This document shows, piece after piece, positions 9,182 to 18,651 of a DNA stretch of 64,000 bases. The number at the start of each line of letters is the position of its first letter. Within the stretch, counting starts at the first letter, position 1. Made by a program: the position numbers and the translations under genes. Origin of the DNA: Candidatus Acidiferrales bacterium (lineage in GTDB: Bacteria > Acidobacteriota > Terriglobia > Acidiferrales > UBA7541); contig JBOGNJ010000190.1 in assembly GCA_050746905.1 (NCBI GenBank), positions 8,409 through 72,408 on the forward strand, read 5' to 3'. The notes under the pieces are model-generated. The model was not told the origin of the DNA, ran no database searches, and worked only from the letters and a program-made list of their open reading frames with translations.

Positions 9182-9469
9182 TTAGGCGGCTTTGATGCGG
9201 GTTTCGGGGACTTCTACTTCGGTGACGCCTTTGAAGGAAAAGAGGAGGCGGACGAGATATGACGGAGGGTCTTGCGATGTTTGGCGAATAATGTTTCCAA
9301 CTGCGTCCGTGACGGCGGCGTGGAACATGACGTCACCGACCTGCATTCCCGAGAGGTTGACGCGCACGTGCTGCCCTTCCGTGAACATGGAGTCATTTTC
9401 AGGCTGGTCAGGGAATTTTGCAATCCGCCATCCGAACGAAGTTTGCGAGGAGAAAAATGCCTTCCGCAA
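9182..9469 (-). CDS. Small hypothetical protein (start uncertain: TTG at 9469 or ATG at 9388)
   Basis: ORF only; the composition is protein-like and I recognise no family. Confidence 0.3.
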   Translation of the reverse strand: MRKAFFSSQTSFGWRIAKFPDQPENDSMFTEGQHVRVNLSGMQVGDVMFHAAVTDAVGNIIRQTSQDPPSYLVRLLFSFKGVTEVEVPETRIKAA

Positions 9470-9574
9470 GATAGGGCAGGGTCTCCCCGATTTGGACAGT
9501 ATGTTGCGGATGGGCCATTGACGATTCGCATGGTAGAGGCTTAAAGTGGGAGTGGCCCTTCTTTGGAGGTAGCT

Positions 9575-10234
9575 GTGCGATTCGTATGTAGAAGTTTACT
9601 CGCCTGCATCCTTTCGGTCTCTTTGATCAGCCTTCCGACTTTTGGGGCTCCGAACCGCCCGCTGGGTTTCGTCCTAGCGGCGCAAAACGCACAACTAGAC
9701 GGCAATGCCGCAGCCAGCGGCGCAAATATCTATGATGGCGATACCGTAGCGACCAGTGCCAGTGGTCAAGTTCGCCTGCAATTCGCGGGAAACCAGGTTT
9801 ATTTCTCACCCTCCAGTCTGGCCAAACTGACAACGAACGGATCGGTGGTAACGGCGGTGCTGACGTCGGGAACGGCCGGGTTCATGTCGGCGCGCGGCGG
9901 GGCCGTGGCGATTCGCGCGCTGGACGTCCTCGTGCGACCACAGACGGTGCAGCCGACCACAGCGCAGGTGACCATCCTGGCGCCGGATGAGCTGAAGGTT
10001 GCCAGCGTCGCGGGCCCACTGACTCTCGAACTTGACGGCCAGACCTATACGCTTGCTCCGGGAAACACGTACGGCGTAAAAATCGTCGCGGACAACACGC
10101 CGCCGTTGCAGGACGATCATTTTGCGGCGCGGAAAAGAAGGGGATTGATAATTTTTGTATTCACCACTACCGCGGCGGTCGCCGGGATCATTTACCTCGT
10201 CAAAGAACTGACCGAAAGCCCGGACACACCATAA
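9575..10234 (+). CDS. Hypothetical exported protein with C-terminal TM anchor (FecR-like beta-rich region possible)
   Basis: GTG at 9575 lies 5 nt after GGAGG. Signal-like LLACILSVSLISLPTFGAP and a C-terminal hydrophobic GLIIFVFTTTAAVAGIIYLV. Confidence 0.5.
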   Translation: MRFVCRSLLACILSVSLISLPTFGAPNRPLGFVLAAQNAQLDGNAAASGANIYDGDTVATSASGQVRLQFAGNQVYFSPSSLAKLTTNGSVVTAVLTSGTAGFMSARGGAVAIRALDVLVRPQTVQPTTAQVTILAPDELKVASVAGPLTLELDGQTYTLAPGNTYGVKIVADNTPPLQDDHFAARKRRGLIIFVFTTTAAVAGIIYLVKELTESPDTP

Positions 10235-10283
10235 AGTTCCATTTTTGGCAGGCGCGTGGCATCGTTTGAAGGAGCGTCGGCGG

Positions 10284-10313
10284 TTGACAATGCAAGCGCC
10301 GGACGCGTATCAT
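10284..10313 (+). promoter_or_regulatory. Sigma-70-type promoter candidate for rpsA
   Basis: TTGACA (10284-10289), 18-nt spacer, TATCAT (10308-10313), about 120 nt upstream of the rpsA ATG. Confidence 0.45.
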
Positions 10314-10430
10314 CCTGACGATACAGCGCGTTAACTTCGCTGCGTCCCCTCTTTTGCTCTTGCCCGTCGGGTAGAGTGCCCGAGGTACGTCCTCGGTGAG
10401 CGGGTATGGTTCCTCAGGGAGAACGTCGGC

Positions 10431-12416
10431 ATGTCGCCCGAGTACGACAACCCAGAGTTAGACTTATCCCCGGCGGAAGCTTCTGCGGGCGGCGCGGCTG
10501 GCGCGATTCGGGTGGAGACGCCGGTTCAAACTGTCGAGGAGCGCCCTAAGGAAAATTCCGAAGCTTCTGAAACTGATTCTTCGTTCCGAGGCGACGCACC
10601 CGCGACTATGGGCGGCGAGAACTCAAACGAGCCGTCGAACGAAGCAGCCCCCGAAGCACCGCAAGTACAAAGTCCCGAAACGAGCCAAGAGCAATCTGCT
10701 GAAAAGCAACTCGATGAGCCGATGGAGCAGCTCATAGAGCAGTATTCCGTTCCGGCGCCGGTGGCGGCAGGCGGCGAGATTTTCGACGGCCGCGTGGTTG
10801 CGGTGACGGACTTGGGCGTAGTGGTGGACGTTGGGGCGAAATTCGAAGGACTTGTGCCGGCTCAGGAATTCCTCGATACCGGCGGAATCCATTTTCAGTC
10901 AGGCGACGCGATTGCGGTGGAACGGCTTCCGGAGCAAAAGGACGGTTACGTCCTGCTGTCGCACGTGCGCGCGCACCGGCACCGGGTTTGGGAACAGATC
11001 GAGAAGTCGCACAGGGAAGGGCTGACGCTCACGGGCAAAGTGGTGGACCGCATCAAGGGCGGCCTGGTGGTGGACATTGGGATCCGCGCGTTTCTGCCGG
11101 CTTCGCAACTCGACTTGCGGCCTGTGCACGATTTGGAAGCTTGGAAGGACCGCGACGTCGAATGCCGGGTCTTGAAGCTGAATCGCAAGCGCGGAAACGT
11201 GGTGGTGAGCCGCCGCGTAATTCTGGAAGAAGAGCAGCGGAAACAACGGGAAGCGTTCGCCGAGACGCTGAGTGAAGGGACGATTGTAACGGGCAAAGTA
11301 AAAAATATCACGGAGTACGGGGTCTTCGTCGATCTGGGCGGGCTGGACGGCTTGCTGCATATCAGCGACCTCGTGTGGGGACGAATTGCGCACCCGTCGG
11401 AAGTTGTTTCGGCGGGCCAAGAACTTGAAGTGCAGATTCTGAAGTTCGATAAAGAGAAGATGCGGATTTCGCTAGGGCGCAAGCAACTGCTTACTGATCC
11501 CTGGGCGACGGTTCCTGAGCGCTTTCCCGTGGGCACGCACCTGCACGGGAAGATCGTAGGCTTGACGGACTATGGAGCGTTTGTGCACATCGAGGCCGGC
11601 GTGGAGGGACTGGTACACGTCAGCGAGATGAGCTGGTCGAAGAGGCTGAAACATCCCTCGAAGATGGTCAAGGTTGGGGACGAGATAGAAGTGGTGGTAC
11701 TGGAATTGAGGCCGCAGCAGCGCCGCATTTCGCTGGGGTTGAAACAGACTTCGCCGGACCCGTGGGCGGGCGTTGCGGAGAAATATATGACGGGCTCAAT
11801 CGTCAGCGGTCGCGTGAGGAATTTCGCGGACTTTGGCGCGTTCGTGGAACTGGAAGAGGGAATTGAAGGCTTGATTCACATCAGCGACTTCAGTTGGACA
11901 GAGCGCGTGAAGCATCCGAGCGAGAAACTGAAAAAGGGCGACACGGTGGAAGCGAAGGTATTGAAAATTGACGGCGAGCACCGTCGCATATCGCTGGGAC
12001 TCAAGCAGGTCAACGATATTTGGACGAACTGGTTTGCGCAGCACAAGCTAAACGAAGTGCTTAAAGGCAAAGTGGTGCGCAACGCGGCGTTTGGGGCGTT
12101 CGTGGAGCTGGCGGAGGGGATTGAAGCGCTTTGCCACATTTCGGAAATTGAAGAGCGGCGTCCAAAGGGAGAATCGGGCGAGCATAATAAGCAGAAAACC
12201 GGAAAGGGCACAACGGGACTGGCACAAGGCAAGGAATATGAGTTCAAGGTTATAAAGCTGGATCCGGAGCAGCGGAAAATCAGCTTGAGCTATCGCGCGG
12301 CGCAGAAGCAGGTGGAGCGACGGGACATCGAGATGTTCCGGCAGTCGAAATCAGCAAAATCATCGCCCAATGCGACCATCGGCGATGCTATCATGGCCAA
12401 ACGGCAGGCAAACTGA
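10431..12416 (+). CDS. rpsA: 30S ribosomal protein S1 with ~100-aa acidic/Ser/Pro-rich N-terminal extension
   Basis: Six S1 repeats (GRVVAVTDLGVVVDVG..., GKVVDRIKGGLVVDIG..., GKVKNITEYGVFVDLG..., etc.). GGGAGA lies upstream of 10431. An alternative canonical-length start is the ATG at 10722. Confidence 0.9.
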   Translation: MSPEYDNPELDLSPAEASAGGAAGAIRVETPVQTVEERPKENSEASETDSSFRGDAPATMGGENSNEPSNEAAPEAPQVQSPETSQEQSAEKQLDEPMEQLIEQYSVPAPVAAGGEIFDGRVVAVTDLGVVVDVGAKFEGLVPAQEFLDTGGIHFQSGDAIAVERLPEQKDGYVLLSHVRAHRHRVWEQIEKSHREGLTLTGKVVDRIKGGLVVDIGIRAFLPASQLDLRPVHDLEAWKDRDVECRVLKLNRKRGNVVVSRRVILEEEQRKQREAFAETLSEGTIVTGKVKNITEYGVFVDLGGLDGLLHISDLVWGRIAHPSEVVSAGQELEVQILKFDKEKMRISLGRKQLLTDPWATVPERFPVGTHLHGKIVGLTDYGAFVHIEAGVEGLVHVSEMSWSKRLKHPSKMVKVGDEIEVVVLELRPQQRRISLGLKQTSPDPWAGVAEKYMTGSIVSGRVRNFADFGAFVELEEGIEGLIHISDFSWTERVKHPSEKLKKGDTVEAKVLKIDGEHRRISLGLKQVNDIWTNWFAQHKLNEVLKGKVVRNAAFGAFVELAEGIEALCHISEIEERRPKGESGEHNKQKTGKGTTGLAQGKEYEFKVIKLDPEQRKISLSYRAAQKQVERRDIEMFRQSKSAKSSPNATIGDAIMAKRQAN

Positions 12417-12603
12417 GTCGAACCCAGCCAGAGGAACCCGGGGAAGTCATCAGCAGAAAAAGATTTACGTTACAGGGCCATTGGTGATATGGAAGGGCCA
12501 CTAAGTGCCCTGTAGGGTGTGTTGTTGCCCCGGGACTTAGGGAACAAATTCAGCCCGGCATCCAAGCTTAGAAATTCGGGTAAAAAGGGAGGGCCGTGGG
12601 CCC

Positions 12604-12978
12604 ATGGCGAGCGCTACGGGTAAGCCGGAGGCAGCAGAGCGCACAGTGACGAAGGCGGATTTGATCGAAGAAGTGATCCGCGTGACGGAGCTGCCGCGAA
12701 AAGAATCGGAAACCGTCGTGGAGACGGTATTCGAGAGCATCATCGAAGCGCTGCAGAAGAACGACAAGATCGAAATCCGCGGCTTTGGCAGCTTCCGTAC
12801 CAGGCAGCGCCGTGGAAGGATCGGGCGCAATCCGAAGACCGGAGCGAAGGTGGAAGTGCCGCCGAAGAGAATTCCGTTTTTCAAGCCAAGCAAAGAGTTG
12901 AAGGATTTCGTAAACGTGCATAAAGCCGCGCAACCTGCAGTGCCTGCATCCCCCTCCGAACACGCACCACAAGGCTAA
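12604..12978 (+). CDS. HU/IHF-family DNA-binding protein (IHF-beta-like)
   Basis: IEIRGFGSFRTRQRRGRIGRNPKTGAKVEVPPKRIPFFKPSKELK is the HU/IHF arm. Confidence 0.85.
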   Translation: MASATGKPEAAERTVTKADLIEEVIRVTELPRKESETVVETVFESIIEALQKNDKIEIRGFGSFRTRQRRGRIGRNPKTGAKVEVPPKRIPFFKPSKELKDFVNVHKAAQPAVPASPSEHAPQG

Positions 12979-12992
12979 CCCGGTCGAGCGGA

Positions 12993-13475
12993 ATGGATTT
13001 TCTCTGGACTCCGTGGCGTTACCGCTATATTGCCGAGGCAAACAAGGAAGAGCGGTGCATCTTCTGCGACGCCGTGGCACTGAACGATGACGTGGCCGCT
13101 CAAATCGTTTTCCGCGGCAAGCTTGCGTTCACCATACTGAACCGTTTCCCGTACACAACCGGCCACGTAATGGTGGTGCCGTACGCGCATGTTGCGGAGC
13201 TGGCGGAATGCGACGCCGAGGCTCTGGCGGAAATGATGCTTCTTGCGCAGAACGTGCAGAAGGCGCTAGCGAGCGTTTATCATCCCAACGGGTATAACTT
13301 GGGCCTGAATCTTGGGCGCTGCGCGGGAGCAGGCGTCACAGGGCACTTGCACATGCACGTGCTGCCGCGATGGATCGGCGATGCGAATTTCATGACTACT
13401 GTCGCGGAGACACGCCTGGAGCCCGAGGAGCTTTCCACCACTTTTGAGAAGTTACGGCGCGCATTGAACGGGTGA
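12993..13475 (+). CDS. HIT-family nucleotide hydrolase/transferase
   Basis: Histidine triad GHLHMHVLPR and the N-terminal CIFC motif. Confidence 0.8.
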   Translation: MDFLWTPWRYRYIAEANKEERCIFCDAVALNDDVAAQIVFRGKLAFTILNRFPYTTGHVMVVPYAHVAELAECDAEALAEMMLLAQNVQKALASVYHPNGYNLGLNLGRCAGAGVTGHLHMHVLPRWIGDANFMTTVAETRLEPEELSTTFEKLRRALNG

Positions 13476-13575
13476 GGATTTTTTCCCTCCGTGAGTACGA
13501 AGCAGCCTGACAGTCGGGCGGCATCCCGTTACAATACCGCGCTGTCGCAACGCGCAACAATCAGGAGCACGAAAT

Positions 13576-14721
13576 TTGGACCTGGGGCTGACAGAAGAAC
13601 AAACACTGCTGCAGCGCACGGTGCGGGACTTTGCCGAAACGGAAGTGAAGCCGCTGGCAAAGGAGTTGGACGAAACCGGCCATTTTCCGCGGGAGACATT
13701 TCGCAAGGCGGCCGAGCTGGGGCTTACAGGCGTGGCGTTTCCCGAGCAATACGGCGGGGCGGGAATGGACCACGTCAGCTATACGATTGTGATCGAAGAA
13801 ATCTCCCGCGCATGCGCCTCGACGGGCGTAATTCTCTCCGTGCAGAATTCGCTCTACTGCGAACCGGTTTATCGATTTGGGACCGAGGAGCAAAAGCAAA
13901 AATTCCTGGCTCCGTTTGTGCGCGGCGAAAAGATTGGTTGTTACGCGCTGACCGAGCCGCAGGCAGGTTCGAACGCGGCGGCGTTGCGGACCAAGGCCGT
14001 GCTGAAGGGCGACAAGTACATTGTGAACGGCACGAAAGCGTGGATTACAAATGGCGGCGCGGCGGATGCGGCGATTGTCTACACGAATACGCAGCCGGAG
14101 AAGGGCGAGAAGGGAATCACGGCGCTGGTGGTCGAGAAAGGCACGCCAGGATTCGCGGTGGGCAAGGAGGAGAAAAAGCTCGGCATCAACGCGACGGCCT
14201 GCTGCGAGTTGTCGTTCACGGACTGCGAGATTCCGGTGGCGAATCGCATCGGGGCCGAAGGCGAAGGATATAAAGTGGCGCTTTCGACGCTGGATGGCGG
14301 GCGCATCGGGATTGCCGCGCAGGCGACCGGCATTGCGCAAGGCGCATTTGAGGCGGCGCTCGCGTACTCGCAGCAGCGGGAGGCTTTTGGACATCCCATT
14401 GCGGATTTTCAGGCGATTCAGTTCATGCTGGCGGATATGGCCACGGAAATCGACGCCGCGCGACTGCTGGTGCGCAAGGCGGCGTGGAAACAGGAGACAG
14501 GTTCGCGATTTTCGATGGAAGCGTCGGTGGCGAAACTGTTTGCTTCCGAAATGTCCACGCGCGTCACGCACAAAGCGATACAAATACACGGCGGCAATGG
14601 GTACAGCCGGGAATATCCCGTCGAGCGGGCGTATCGCGACGCGCGCATCACGGAGATTTATGAAGGGACGAGCGAGATTCAGCGGCTGGTGATTGCCGCG
14701 TGGGTGTTGAAATCCTTCTGA
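13576..14721 (+). CDS. Acyl-CoA dehydrogenase (short/butyryl-CoA type)
   Basis: MDLGLTEEQ start (TTG with AGGAG 8 nt upstream), CYALTEPQAGSNAA, IQIHGGNGYSREYPVERAYRDARITEIYEGTSEIQ. Confidence 0.9.
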   Translation: MDLGLTEEQTLLQRTVRDFAETEVKPLAKELDETGHFPRETFRKAAELGLTGVAFPEQYGGAGMDHVSYTIVIEEISRACASTGVILSVQNSLYCEPVYRFGTEEQKQKFLAPFVRGEKIGCYALTEPQAGSNAAALRTKAVLKGDKYIVNGTKAWITNGGAADAAIVYTNTQPEKGEKGITALVVEKGTPGFAVGKEEKKLGINATACCELSFTDCEIPVANRIGAEGEGYKVALSTLDGGRIGIAAQATGIAQGAFEAALAYSQQREAFGHPIADFQAIQFMLADMATEIDAARLLVRKAAWKQETGSRFSMEASVAKLFASEMSTRVTHKAIQIHGGNGYSREYPVERAYRDARITEIYEGTSEIQRLVIAAWVLKSF

Positions 14722-14798
14722 ACGTTTCCGGGAAAGATTTCCGGGAAAATTTTTCTGGAATCCTTCCGCGGAATCAGTTCAAGGCGAATTTGGCTTCG

Positions 14799-16031
14799 AT
14801 GTATCCTTCTTTCGTGTTGCCTCTGGAAGCTGGCCTGGAATTCGATCCCTCGTGCGAGGAGCAGTTTTTCCCCTCGATACCACATCATGCGGGAGTTTTT
14901 CTGGTGGAAACGCGCGCGGCTCCGGGTGCGGGCGCGTCCGCGGCGAAACCATATCTGGCGCGTACCGCGGATCTTCGCCGCGCCGCGGAGCGTTTGCTGC
15001 GGCCGCCGGAAGCTGCTTCAAAGAAACTGAACCTGCGCGACGTTGCGACGAAATTTTCGTTTCGCGTGACGGGCTCGCGATTCGAACAATCGCTCGTGCT
15101 CTACCATCAAGCACGCGCGCGTTCTCCGAAAGGGTATCGAGCGTTTCTGCGATTGCGGCCACCGGCGCTATTAAAGGTTAGCTTGCGAAATTCGTATCCA
15201 CGATGTTACGTGACGCGGCGGATTTTCGGGGATGGCGGCTACTATTTCGGGCCGTTCGCGTCAAGACAAGTAGCGGAATCGTTCGCGAATGAGTTCCTGG
15301 ACCTTTTTAAGATTCGGCGATGCCAGATCAAGATCCGCCGCGACCCCAGTTTTCCGGGATGCATTTATTCGGAGATGAAGATGTGCCTCGCGCCATGTTT
15401 CGCGGGCTGCACGAAGGAGGATTACGACGCGGAAGTGAATCGCGTACTCGACACGCTGGAATCCGGCGGGGCTTCGCTGACGGGAGCGATGGAGCGCGAA
15501 CGGGAAGCTGCGAGCGAAGCGACGGATTTTGAGCGCGCGGCGGCGTTGCATAAAAAACTCGAGAAGGTGCATGGCGTGATTCGCGGCCTGCCGGAGATAG
15601 CGCAACGCGTGGACGCATTGAATGCGGTGATTTTGCAACGCGCGGTTCGCGACAAGACGGTTGCGATTTTCGCAGTTGTGAACGGAATGATCGCGGAGCC
15701 ATTGTTTATTTGTTTCGATGAATCGGGCGAGCCGCGTTCCGTCGAAGCGGTGCTGCGGCAGCATTTTGAGGAACTGCAATCGAGAGACGCGGCAGCGCAA
15801 TCAGAGCCGTACGTTAAAATAAGCGGCGGGGGAACCGCGCCCAGTGGCGAGCGATTCAATTCGCGCGGCGAGACGGCGGAGCGCGTGGAGCATCTATCCT
15901 TGGTGGCTCGCTGGTTTTATTCGAAGCCGCGGGCCGGCGAAATTTTGTTTCGCGATACGGATTGGCCTTACCGGAAAATACTCCGTGCGTGCGCACGCGT
16001 GCTGACGGCCGCAGCGCCGGATAGTAAATAA
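14799..16031 (+). CDS. UvrC N-terminal-half homologue (GIY-YIG-like + Cys cluster + UVR domain), lacks the C-terminal endonuclease/(HhH)2 part
   Basis: YYFGPFASRQVAESF...FKIRRC...CIYSEMKMCLAPCFAGCTKEDY...FERAAALHKKLEKV aligns with UvrC as I remember it. The start is uncertain: the ORF opens at GTG 14700, overlapping the acd stop. Confidence 0.6.
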   Translation: MYPSFVLPLEAGLEFDPSCEEQFFPSIPHHAGVFLVETRAAPGAGASAAKPYLARTADLRRAAERLLRPPEAASKKLNLRDVATKFSFRVTGSRFEQSLVLYHQARARSPKGYRAFLRLRPPALLKVSLRNSYPRCYVTRRIFGDGGYYFGPFASRQVAESFANEFLDLFKIRRCQIKIRRDPSFPGCIYSEMKMCLAPCFAGCTKEDYDAEVNRVLDTLESGGASLTGAMEREREAASEATDFERAAALHKKLEKVHGVIRGLPEIAQRVDALNAVILQRAVRDKTVAIFAVVNGMIAEPLFICFDESGEPRSVEAVLRQHFEELQSRDAAAQSEPYVKISGGGTAPSGERFNSRGETAERVEHLSLVARWFYSKPRAGEILFRDTDWPYRKILRACARVLTAAAPDSK

Positions 16032-16033
16032 AA

Positions 16034-17392
16034 ATGCCCGACGACGCTTCCCTAAACACGGCTGAAAAAACGGCGAACGGCGAGACTGGGGCAGTTGTTC
16101 CGGTTTCGCGGTGGTCCGTGATGTTTCGCGCGCTGCGCTACCGGAATTTTCAGCTTTTTTTTGCCGGACAATTGATCTCGCTGGTTGGCACGTGGATGGA
16201 CAACATCGCGGAAGCGTGGCTGGTCTACCGCCTGACGGGATCGTCTCTTTTGTTGGGAACGGTGGCGTTCGCCGGGCAGATTCCCGTTTTCCTGCTGGCG
16301 CCGATTGGCGGCATGGTCGCGGACCGTTGGGACCGGCGGCGCGTGGTGATTGCGACACAAGCGAGCTCGATGGTGCTGGCAGGCATACTGGCTGCTTTGA
16401 CACTTTCCGGGCGAGTGAAAGTGTGGGAAGTGATTCTGCTGGCGTCGCTGATGGGCGTTGTGAACGCGTTTGATATCCCGGCGCGGCAAGCGTTTCTGGT
16501 GGACATGGTTGGACGCGAGGATTTGATGAACGCCATCGCGCTGAATTCGTCGATGTTCAATGGCGCGCGCGTGATTGGGCCGGCCATCGCCGGAATTTTG
16601 GTTGCGAGCATCGGCGAGGGCTGGTGCTTTTTTGCAAATTCCGTGAGTTACATCGCTGTAATCGCGGGACTGCTGATGATGCGCATCACGCGTCGAGTGG
16701 TCGAAGAGCGCCATGCTTCGGCATTCGAGCACATTGCGGAAGGCTTTCGTTTTGTTCGCGGCACGGCGCCGATTTTGGCGCTGCTGCTTCTTCTGGGCTT
16801 GGTGAGCCTGGTGGCGATGCCTTACTCGGTCTTGATGCCGATTTTTGCGGCGCGCATCCTGCATGGAAACGCCACGACGCTTGGCACGTTGATGGGCGCA
16901 ACGGGGATCGGCGCGCTGACGGGCGCTCTTGTGCTGGCATCGCGAACGGGGCTGAAGGGATTGAGCCGCTGGGTGGCAGTTTCATGCGCAGGATTTGGAG
17001 CGGCGCTGATACTGTTTTCATTTTCACGATGGTATTTGCTGTCCGTGATGCTTCTTGTGCCGGTGGGTTTTGCGATGATGGTGCAGATGGCGTCGTCGAA
17101 CACGCTGATACAGGCGATGGTGCCGGATCGTTTGCGCGGGCGGACGATGGCGGTCTATTCGATGATGTTCATGGGGATGGCGCCGCTCGGTTCGTTGCTT
17201 TCGGGGGCGCTCGCCGACCACATTGGCGCGCAGTGGACCGTTGCACTGGGCGGTTTGGGAGCGATCATCGGCGCATTGATTTTTGCGCGCTCGCTGCCCA
17301 GACTTCGTGTGGAGGCACGGCAATTAATTGTCGCGCAGGGCCTCGCGGGCGGAGAACCGGCGGGCGGAATGACTTCACGGGCCTTGGAATAA
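16034..17392 (+). CDS. MFS transporter (12-TMS, EntS/MFS_3-like)
   Basis: Hydrophobic 452-aa protein with the motif GGMVADRWDRRRV after TM2. The ATG is 2 nt after the preceding stop. Confidence 0.8.
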   Translation: MPDDASLNTAEKTANGETGAVVPVSRWSVMFRALRYRNFQLFFAGQLISLVGTWMDNIAEAWLVYRLTGSSLLLGTVAFAGQIPVFLLAPIGGMVADRWDRRRVVIATQASSMVLAGILAALTLSGRVKVWEVILLASLMGVVNAFDIPARQAFLVDMVGREDLMNAIALNSSMFNGARVIGPAIAGILVASIGEGWCFFANSVSYIAVIAGLLMMRITRRVVEERHASAFEHIAEGFRFVRGTAPILALLLLLGLVSLVAMPYSVLMPIFAARILHGNATTLGTLMGATGIGALTGALVLASRTGLKGLSRWVAVSCAGFGAALILFSFSRWYLLSVMLLVPVGFAMMVQMASSNTLIQAMVPDRLRGRTMAVYSMMFMGMAPLGSLLSGALADHIGAQWTVALGGLGAIIGALIFARSLPRLRVEARQLIVAQGLAGGEPAGGMTSRALE

Positions 17393-17505
17393 CTTAGAAT
17401 AACAGGATGCAGCGAGTGCAAGTGTGGCGGAATTGTAAGAACGGGTATTTTGGGGCCTGTTACACTCAGCGGCCATTTTGAAAGATTGGAGAGCTGCCGA
17501 CGCAA

Positions 17506-18630
17506 ATGAGTTCTTCATCGTCGCTTAAGACAGGCAGTGCCACGGCGGAAGGCACGCGAGCATTTGCTGCGCGTTTCGGCGGCCGGGCGGCTGCGGGACA
17601 TTTTCGGGACCGGCGCGGGCTGATGATGTCTTCGATAGGGATTGGCACGTATCTGGGCGAAGCGGACGCGGCAACGGACAGGAATTATACCGAGGCAGTT
17701 TCGGCAGCGGTTCAGGGCGGCGTGAATGTGGTCGATGCCGCGATCAATTACCGACTGCAGCGCAGCGAACGGTCGGTTGGAGGCGCGCTCGAAAAGCTTT
17801 TCGCCGCCGGGTTTGCGCGCGAGGAAATTCTGATCTGCACGAAGGCCGGATTCCTGACGCCCGACGGCGAGATGCCCGCCGACGCCAACGATTATTTTTC
17901 CCGCGAGTACATATCGAAGGGAATTTTCGCCGTCGAAGACATTGCAGCGGGGTGCCATTGCATGACTCCCCGATATTTGCGAGATCAGATCGAACGAAGC
18001 CGGCGAAATCTGGGTATTTCGTGCATCGACGTTTTTTATTTGCATAATCCGGAAACGCAATTGGATGAAGTGGCGCGGGAAGAATTCAACCGGAGGCTCG
18101 TCGCGGCGTTTGAGACTCTCGAGGCGGAGGCGGCCGCGGGCAAGGTCCGCGCGTACGGCATGGCGACGTGGAATGCTTTTCGAAACGAATCACGGGCACC
18201 CGATTATCTGTCGTTGGAGCAAATGGTGGAATTGGCGCGGCAGGCGGCGGGAAGCGATCACCATTTTCATTTCGTGCAGTTGCCGTTCAATCTTGCGATG
18301 CCTGAGGCACTGATGCGGCCGAATCAAACCGTCGGCGGAAAAACCATGTCGATGGTGCAAGCGGCGCGGGAGTTGGGCGTAACGTTGATCGCCAGCGCGT
18401 CATTGCTGCAGTCTCACCTGGTGGGCAAAGTGTCCGCCGTGATTCACGATACATTCGGATTGAAGGACGATCTCGAGTGCGCGCTGCAATTCGTGCGTTC
18501 GGCTCCCGGCATCGCCACAGCGCTGGTCGGTATGAAACGAGTGGAGCACGTGAAAGCGAATCTGAGACTGGCCGGGATTCCGCCCGCTTCGCAGGAACAG
18601 TTTCGGAAGATGTTCGCGGCGCGCCGATAG
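17506..18630 (+). CDS. Aldo/keto reductase family oxidoreductase
   Basis: IGIGTYLG ... INVVDAAINYRLQRSERSVG ... IDVFYLHNPE are AKR-like blocks. Confidence 0.75.
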   Translation: MSSSSSLKTGSATAEGTRAFAARFGGRAAAGHFRDRRGLMMSSIGIGTYLGEADAATDRNYTEAVSAAVQGGVNVVDAAINYRLQRSERSVGGALEKLFAAGFAREEILICTKAGFLTPDGEMPADANDYFSREYISKGIFAVEDIAAGCHCMTPRYLRDQIERSRRNLGISCIDVFYLHNPETQLDEVAREEFNRRLVAAFETLEAEAAAGKVRAYGMATWNAFRNESRAPDYLSLEQMVELARQAAGSDHHFHFVQLPFNLAMPEALMRPNQTVGGKTMSMVQAARELGVTLIASASLLQSHLVGKVSAVIHDTFGLKDDLECALQFVRSAPGIATALVGMKRVEHVKANLRLAGIPPASQEQFRKMFAARR

Positions 18631-18651
18631 CGGAATTTCCAGCGCGATGAA

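Noticed and set aside
12471-12514. Hairpin TACAGGGC...GCCCTGTA downstream of rpsA as a terminator
   Set aside because: The loop is long (28 nt) and is followed only by a weak GT-rich tract. A terminator is possible but not strong enough to list as a feature.
13561-14589. 342-aa minus-strand ORF
   Set aside because: It is antisense to acyl-CoA dehydrogenase, is Arg-rich, and has no recognisable motifs.
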